NCBI RefSeq assembly: GCF_004010195.1
Contig: NC_057751.1
Coordinates: 12,664,908 to 12,728,907, forward strand
From: Chiloscyllium plagiosum
Taxonomy: Eukaryota
DNA: 64,000 nucleotides
Direction: 5' to 3'
Below are positions 63,655 to 64,000 of the stretch, one piece after another; the stretch's first letter is position 1; the number at the start of each line of letters is the position of its first letter. Both the position numbers and the translations under genes were made by a program. Under the pieces are notes generated by a model. It was given only the letters and a program-made list of their open reading frames with translations, was not told where the DNA came from and ran no database searches.

Positions 63655-64000
63655 AGTTATTCCTCTGTACAAACATTGAGGGTTGTACCTGGTAGACTGC
63701 AGCGAACTAAAAAGCGTCCTCATTTATCAGACAATCGGGGAATCTTTAATGAAAAGCACATTTCCATTCTATCATGAAATTGGAGCAGAAATGCAGGAAT
63801 TCCCAAATGAATATGACTGGGTGTGTCACGACCAACGGTCTGCACTGTCGTGGGGTTACAGTCTGGTTCATCGTCTTCTTTCCATACGTTTACTCACATA
63901 ATTACTGCTCAGAGCACTATATCGAAGATTTGATGGTTACCTGCAAAAGGAGATTGTATTATACAACGGACTGAAAGAGGCAGTCGACATACATTGGACC
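63655..64000 (+). pseudogene. Possible heavily decayed GPR139-like exon 2
   Basis: Collinear remnants YLV (tacctggta, 63686), 'gcacatttccattctatcatgaa', VC (63821) and VWFIVFF (gtctggttca, 63861). Their order and approximate spacing match the gene at 39229-39400. Confidence 0.35.

Overview
This is vertebrate genomic DNA, almost certainly from an elasmobranch (shark or ray), judged by HE1-type V-SINEs, HER1/CR1 LINEs, DeuSINE-like copies and a GPR139-like receptor typical of cartilaginous fish. Most of the window is decayed mobile DNA: many CR1 fragments, one L1, Penelope-like elements with minimal hammerhead-ribozyme remnants, a Gmr1-type Gypsy element (integrase upstream of RT), two related solo LTRs with 4-bp TSDs, and a Tigger/pogo-like MITE. 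One gene looks intact: a two-exon, 365-aa GPR139/GPR142-like class A GPCR (35705-35891 + 39164-40074) with DQF in place of DRY/DRF. A heavily decayed paralogue may lie at the right edge. The most striking unexplained structure is a degenerate ~245-bp tandem array at 2.4-5.7 kb. Its best-conserved part is a 32-bp element resembling an extended CTCF site (core plus upstream motif at the canonical spacing), present six times in one orientation, so it is a candidate insulator or loop-anchor array. Other oddities are an ancient in-frame ~625-bp duplication with coding-like divergence (52.7-54.1 kb), an orphan CpG-rich promoter (27.5-28 kb), a 329-bp near-perfect tandem duplication and a 58-bp inverted copy inserted into a LINE. 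There is one 258-N assembly gap. All calls were made by eye without database searches, and most repeat boundaries are approximate.
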